From Nanobdellota archaeon (lineage in GTDB: Archaea; Nanobdellota; Nanobdellia; SCGC-AAA011-G17; UBA489): DNA of 58,418 nt. The stretch lies in assembly GCA_030699455.1 (NCBI GenBank), contig JAUYMN010000013.1, positions 1 through 58,418 of the forward strand, read 5' to 3'. Under the pieces are notes generated by a model. The model did not search any database. It was not told the origin of the DNA and saw only the letters and a list, made by a program, of their open reading frames with translations. Shown here one piece after another: positions 53,783 through 58,418 of the stretch (the stretch's first letter is position 1; every line of letters begins with the position of its first letter). The translations under genes and the position numbers were made by a program.

Positions 53783-54889
53783 TTAATCATAGGCAGATGT
53801 CCAAACCTGGAGCATGCCTGAATAGATGTCCGCAGGTAAACCAATATCTGCATGTGCTGAAAAGTCAATTTTTTCAGTCTGGCATAATTCCAAAGGTTCT
53901 TCCAGCATAACAGCATCATCACTGTCAAAGAATACGTGGCCGTGTCCGTATCCAACTTCATTTGGATCCCATTTAACATCGAAATCATTTATTTCTTTAT
54001 TGAATGTATCACCTAACAACGATGAAGATTCTATTGAAAGTTTCACCCTTTCATTACCCTCATTCTTTACAGTTGGTTTTCCATCTCCGCTAACCATGTT
54101 ATAATCTCCCTGTATAACTTTGTAAACTGAAGGCTGGAGCGTGCCATAATCAAGACCATCTTGGAAATCAACTTCCATTGCAACAGTACTAACCCACTCA
54201 AAGGATGTTGATAACTTATCGCTTACATCAGATCTTAAATCTGTTGCTCGTGCTTCAACTTCATACATACCAGCTGGCTGATGATACAACATTGGCAGAT
54301 GCACAGCATACAAGTTCCATTCCGGCTGGCTGAATAAGTTGTAGTATATCTCATCACCCTCTTGCTGTGTTATCAATCCAGCATTCACGGCATCCAAAAT
54401 GCAATTTTCCATGAACTGTACATGGAGTGCATCGCTGAAGTTTCCCTCATGGGCCTGTACCTGATATTTTAACAATCCACCATTTGGATCTCTGTCAAAC
54501 TCCTCGCCATCATAATCACATTTGTTGTTTGCACTAGGGACACAGGGCAATAATTCTTGAGTATTTTCAGGATGATATACATCAAGGAACACTCTGGTTA
54601 TGTCATCCCTTCCTTGCGGATCCCCTACAACAACGCATGCATATATATCATTTCTCTCACTGCTAAGAGTTGGAAATAACTGTGTGCCTGAATCATAAGG
54701 ATTTTCATCTGGCAGCACCCATAGATATTCTACTTCTGGAGGCTGACCATTGCTGCCAGAACTAATTATTGCTGTTTGTTCAAAGTCTTCATGCTCACAA
54801 ATAATGTTGTCGTCAGAACATGTTTTTTCTGAAAAAACTCCTGGAGTCATGGCAATTAATAAAATAGCAAACACTAAAATTTTTTTCAT
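53783..54889 (-). CDS. secreted two-domain Cys-containing protein, paralog B
   Basis: MKKILVFAILLIAMTPGVFS signal peptide. Collinear with paralog A. GAGGGG SD upstream. Confidence 0.7.
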   Translation of the reverse strand: MKKILVFAILLIAMTPGVFSEKTCSDDNIICEHEDFEQTAIISSGSNGQPPEVEYLWVLPDENPYDSGTQLFPTLSSERNDIYACVVVGDPQGRDDITRVFLDVYHPENTQELLPCVPSANNKCDYDGEEFDRDPNGGLLKYQVQAHEGNFSDALHVQFMENCILDAVNAGLITQQEGDEIYYNLFSQPEWNLYAVHLPMLYHQPAGMYEVEARATDLRSDVSDKLSTSFEWVSTVAMEVDFQDGLDYGTLQPSVYKVIQGDYNMVSGDGKPTVKNEGNERVKLSIESSSLLGDTFNKEINDFDVKWDPNEVGYGHGHVFFDSDDAVMLEEPLELCQTEKIDFSAHADIGLPADIYSGMLQVWTSAYD

Positions 54890-55058
54890 TTTTACCCCTC
54901 TTTTATTTTGTAAGAGATGCCCAAATTTTCTGAAGAATCTCTATTGTGTTATTTTTTATAAAGCCGGTTGCAAGTACAACTACCGACCAAGAAAACAACA
55001 CATCTTTTCATTAAATAATCAAGGTAGTATTAATATAAAAAGTTATTTAATAATAAAA

Positions 55059-56168
55059 CTAACTGTGGGACTTATATTTTACAGAATAAAGTTTATTTGA
55101 GCTACCAACAGCTTCACTTATGTTATTAAATTCGTCCTTTTCTAGTAATTTAACAAGCCCTATATTAATGGCACTGATAATCTGCGGACCTTCATAAATC
55201 ATCCCTGTAACAAGTTGGATAAGGCTTGCCCCTAATTTTATTTTGGTATATGCGCTCTCCGCAGAATCAACACCACCGCAGCCAATAATAATTAATTTTC
55301 CCTTTGTTTTACTATAGATATGTTTGATTAGCCTGTTTGAAAGTTTCTCTGTAGGTTTTCCACTAAGACCACCTTTATCTGTATTTTTCTTGGTTAAGTT
55401 TCCGCAGATAATCCCGTCAATCTTATATTTTATGGCAGTCTTCAGTATTTCATCGACATTTTTGATGGACATGTCAGGGGATATTTTCAAAAATATCGGC
55501 TTCTTTTTTGGGATTTTTGATATTTCAGATAATAATTTTTCTAAGTTTTTATATTTTAGAAATGGTTCGCCACCAAATGTATTTGGGCAACTGATGTTGA
55601 TTACAGCATAATCACCAATGTTATTCATAGCCTTATATGATTTGATATAATCCTTGATTCCTACATCAATGTTATTTGTTTGGATGATATTTGTTTTTGC
55701 TATGCTTATTCCTAACGGAATTTTAAATTTTTTATCTTTAAGTTTTTTGTAAACAATTTCACAGCCATGATTGTTCAGTCCATAATAAACCTTGAGGCTT
55801 TTTAATTTCTTTAATCTCCACAATCTGGGCTTGGGATTTCCTTCACATTTTTCACCGGTAATAGAGCCTATTTCCATAAACCCAAACCCAACAGAAGGGA
55901 TGACATCAGTTAATTCGCCATTCTTATCAAAACCAGCAGCCAGCCCAATTGGATTATCAAAGGAAATGCCCAATATTTTCTGTTTAAGTTTCCTATTTTT
56001 GTATCCAAACAGCCAGTCAACAACAAAATTGCTTCCTAAAGTTTTTCCTAATTTTAAAAATCCATCATGCACAACTTCAGGGTCTATCAAAAAAAATATT
56101 GATCTAAACAAAGATTTATAGGCAAAACCAATAATGGCATTTCTCAAGCATACAAAACTAGCCCCCAT
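55059..56168 (-). CDS. pyrD: dihydroorotate dehydrogenase, class-2 architecture with Cys at the catalytic-base position
   Basis: Aligns end to end with E. coli PyrD, including the N-terminal helical extension (FFLIDPEVVHDGF), FDKNGE, GNPKPRLWRL, GGLSG and IIGCGG. The catalytic motif is NISCPNT (Cys194, codon 55587-55589), not NISSPNT. Confidence 0.9.
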   Translation of the reverse strand: MGASFVCLRNAIIGFAYKSLFRSIFFLIDPEVVHDGFLKLGKTLGSNFVVDWLFGYKNRKLKQKILGISFDNPIGLAAGFDKNGELTDVIPSVGFGFMEIGSITGEKCEGNPKPRLWRLKKLKSLKVYYGLNNHGCEIVYKKLKDKKFKIPLGISIAKTNIIQTNNIDVGIKDYIKSYKAMNNIGDYAVINISCPNTFGGEPFLKYKNLEKLLSEISKIPKKKPIFLKISPDMSIKNVDEILKTAIKYKIDGIICGNLTKKNTDKGGLSGKPTEKLSNRLIKHIYSKTKGKLIIIGCGGVDSAESAYTKIKLGASLIQLVTGMIYEGPQIISAINIGLVKLLEKDEFNNISEAVGSSNKLYSVKYKSHS

Positions 56169-56317
56169 ATGCTTTTTTAATATTAATGGTATTTATTTCT
56201 TCCTAATCGTACAGCTTTTAACAGGCAATTTTTCTGTCTAAATTTTTATGTTATGGCAGTTTTTTTTGATTTCGTTGAAATAGCCATCAATACTGGATAT
56301 ATATCAGTTTAAAAAAG

Positions 56318-56325
56318 TTTAAATA
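56318..56325 (+). promoter_or_regulatory. TATA box (TTTAAATA)
   Basis: Ends 21 nt before the ATG at 56347. Confidence 0.45.
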
Positions 56326-56346
56326 CTTAGTAACAGCAGCACATTT

Positions 56347-56709
56347 ATGACTGAAAGGCCATCATGGGTTAAGGACAAGAACCTGCACAAGGATTTTGAG
56401 GTTATTAAGTGTAAACCATATGATGATTATAAGGATCACAATAATGATAATGATGGCTGTTATGTTCTTATTCGCATAGATTTTGAGCACTATGAAATTC
56501 AGGTTGCAATTTGTAATTATAAACATGAAATCCTAAAAGCATTTTCAGGAAGAAGAGCAGCAGATATTTATACGGAAATATTTAGATATGAAGAAGAACA
56601 TAACTTAAATTGGTTCAATAAAAAACAGCACATTGCTTATTTAGGCAAAGAATTAAAGAAGGCAGAAATTGCACTAGTTTTGGGCAATACCAGTTATTAT
56701 CAGGAATAA
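56347..56709 (+). CDS. DUF4346-like protein
   Basis: 120 aa. DGCYVLIRID....I.V......I.GRRAADIYTEI ... HIAYLGKELKKAEIALVLGNTSYYQE resembles DUF4346 (recalled from memory). Confidence 0.5.
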   Translation: MTERPSWVKDKNLHKDFEVIKCKPYDDYKDHNNDNDGCYVLIRIDFEHYEIQVAICNYKHEILKAFSGRRAADIYTEIFRYEEEHNLNWFNKKQHIAYLGKELKKAEIALVLGNTSYYQE

Positions 56710-56838
56710 ACTTAATGCTAGAATGTCCTAGATGCTTCTGGCTTCAATTAGTTAAAAAAAGAAAAGGTTTACAAACTTATTAGTCCAGAAAAGGCAGTGG
56801 GGGAATTAGAAGATTAGAAGCAAAAAGGAAAGTAGACT

Positions 56839-58418
56839 ATGGTAAAATCTCTAAATTCAATTGAAGAATTCCGCTCATTATTAAATTATTACATATCTTG
56901 TTTAGAGAAAGAGGATATGTCATCGCTGACCTTTAATTTTATGTCGGATGGTAAAAGATTCCATTCGAATATTTTCAAAAACGAACAGTTCTTCTCTCAT
57001 AAAAAAGAACAAATTATAATCAAGAAAACTCCTGAAATTGAAGATATTTTCAAAAACTATAAACTTCTTCAAAGGGAGCTTCCTGTTTTCTATGGCTATC
57101 CATTATTTATGGACTCTAATGGAAATATCAGTCCTGTTTTCTTTGTTGAAATCTTTTTTGAAGAAAAAGACGATTCAATTATTTTTACTAAAGAATCTGT
57201 AATTCCAGAATTTAATCATTACATCTTAACTAAACACTATTACAGTGTAGAAGAGATAAATAAAACCCGTTTAGAAATTGAGGAAGAAGAAAATTTTTCT
57301 CTTAAACTTCAAAAAATAACAGAATTACTTAGTCTGGATAAGAAAGTTCTGTCTTCTGAACTTGAACAAAAATCACTGATTTTAAAATCATCATCCCAAC
57401 TGATAAACAAAGCAATTTTATATTTTGGTGGAAAAATGGGTTTTACTAAAGGATTAGTAGACGAATTACAAAAACTAAAAAAATTATCTCAACATCAATT
57501 AGAATCAACATCGTTAGGAATCTTATTCAATAAAGAGAAAAATGAAATTTTAAAGAACAAAAAAGATATTTTGGAAATTTTCAATCTAAATGAATCACAA
57601 GAAGAAGCAGTTAAAAATGCCTTCTCAAGTGATATTAGCGTGATTACTGGACCACCAGGCACGGGAAAATCACAAGTAGTTCTTAATATGATTGCTAATG
57701 CTGTTTGGAATGATAAGACCGTCCTATTTGCAAGTAAAAATAACCGAGCAGTAGATGTAGTAAATGAGAAGCTTAAGACAATTTTATCAAAAGACCTAAT
57801 CGTGAGAATGGGTTCTAGTAAACATAGAAAGAATGCTAAATTACAAATTCATAAACTCTTCCAAAACAAAAATTCTCTAAATATTTCTATAGAAATTATA
57901 AAATATAAACAGCTGTTACAAGATAATTGTTACAAGATATCTGAAAAATACACAGAAATAAATAAATTATCAGATTTAAACGAAGATATTGAATCTATTT
58001 ATAGGAGAATTGATGGATTAACAAATATTGTTCCAAAAGAGCTACATAGAAACTTCCAAAAAGATAGGTATCAATTCCTAATTAACTGTGATATTGAGAA
58101 AGATATTAAAAATTGTGAAAAAATAAGCTCCAAATTAAAGGAGATTACTTTTTTAAAAAAACAATTTTCTGATAAATTAATTAGTTTAAGGAAAAACTAT
58201 AAAAAACCAAAAATAATTTTTACTTTACTAAAAGAAATAAATTCTATCAGTGAGTCTAAAATAAGTAAAGATTTACAAATAATTACTAAAATTGAATCAA
58301 AAAGAGAGAAGTTGCAAAATGAATTAAAAGACATAAAAAAAGAGAAGGAAGATATAATTAAAGATAAAAAATATAAAGAAGTTTATGGACTCCTAAATAG
58401 GTATGATTCAAATTCTAT
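56839..58418 (+). CDS. SF1 (Upf1/Dna2-like, AAA_11-type) helicase with unknown N-terminal domain; partial, runs off the window
   Basis: Open frame from the ATG at 56839 to the window end; absent from the track because no stop is reached. LNESQEEAVKNAFSSDISVITGPPGTGKSQVV (Walker A) at about aa 265-295, then the long coiled-coil insertion typical of AAA_11. Confidence 0.8.
   Translation, partial: MVKSLNSIEEFRSLLNYYISCLEKEDMSSLTFNFMSDGKRFHSNIFKNEQFFSHKKEQIIIKKTPEIEDIFKNYKLLQRELPVFYGYPLFMDSNGNISPVFFVEIFFEEKDDSIIFTKESVIPEFNHYILTKHYYSVEEINKTRLEIEEEENFSLKLQKITELLSLDKKVLSSELEQKSLILKSSSQLINKAILYFGGKMGFTKGLVDELQKLKKLSQHQLESTSLGILFNKEKNEILKNKKDILEIFNLNESQEEAVKNAFSSDISVITGPPGTGKSQVVLNMIANAVWNDKTVLFASKNNRAVDVVNEKLKTILSKDLIVRMGSSKHRKNAKLQIHKLFQNKNSLNISIEIIKYKQLLQDNCYKISEKYTEINKLSDLNEDIESIYRRIDGLTNIVPKELHRNFQKDRYQFLINCDIEKDIKNCEKISSKLKEITFLKKQFSDKLISLRKNYKKPKIIFTLLKEINSISESKISKDLQIITKIESKREKLQNELKDIKKEKEDIIKDKKYKEVYGLLNRYDSNS

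Noticed and set aside
53656-53910. Track ORF 53656..53910(+), 84 aa.
   Set aside because: Its 5' part is the tRNA-Leu gene and the rest is antisense to paralog B, so it is spurious.

Overview
Visibly AT-rich, gene-dense archaeal chromosome fragment. Archaeal identity follows from ribosomal proteins L15e, L35Ae and L10e/uL16, TFE-alpha, ABCE1, an archaeal-type ProRS and an NreA-like protein ending in a PIP box. The small genes, sparse metabolism and many large secreted or anchored surface proteins suggest a DPANN-like lineage; this is inference only and no search was run. Three regions look accessory or unusual. (1) 31.4-36.5 kb holds an nrdR - nrdJ - nrdJ-paralog - cobA module with tandem NrdR boxes, and the two class II RNR copies show complementary domain and motif losses. 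(2) 37.5-42.9 kb and 44.4-54.9 kb form a surface-protein island. It contains a five-gene minus-strand module: TM/Ig protein, a small wHTH translationally coupled to a BNR-propeller type-I membrane protein carrying a near-identical 390-nt tandem duplication, a SpoIIM-like membrane protein, and a secreted two-domain protein. A second copy of the secreted protein lies about 9 kb away beside tRNA-Leu(UAA). (3) 42.96-43.85 kb is an ~860-bp single-gene insert bounded by 24-bp direct repeats (22/24 identical) and rich in GAA-triloop mini-hairpins. Other notable points: first genes of transcription units share a fixed TATA-to-ATG spacing, which implies leaderless mRNAs. A class-2-architecture DHODH carries a class-1-type catalytic Cys. 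A CBS gene has an in-frame TAA. TFE carries a histone-H1-like Lys-rich tail. A partial SF1 helicase with a nuclease-like remnant sits at the right edge. No CRISPR array, rRNA, transposase, integrase or reverse transcriptase was seen. All family calls come from motif recognition by eye or memory and were not searched. Coordinates derived by hand are anchored to ORF-track ends but could be off by 1-2 nt.
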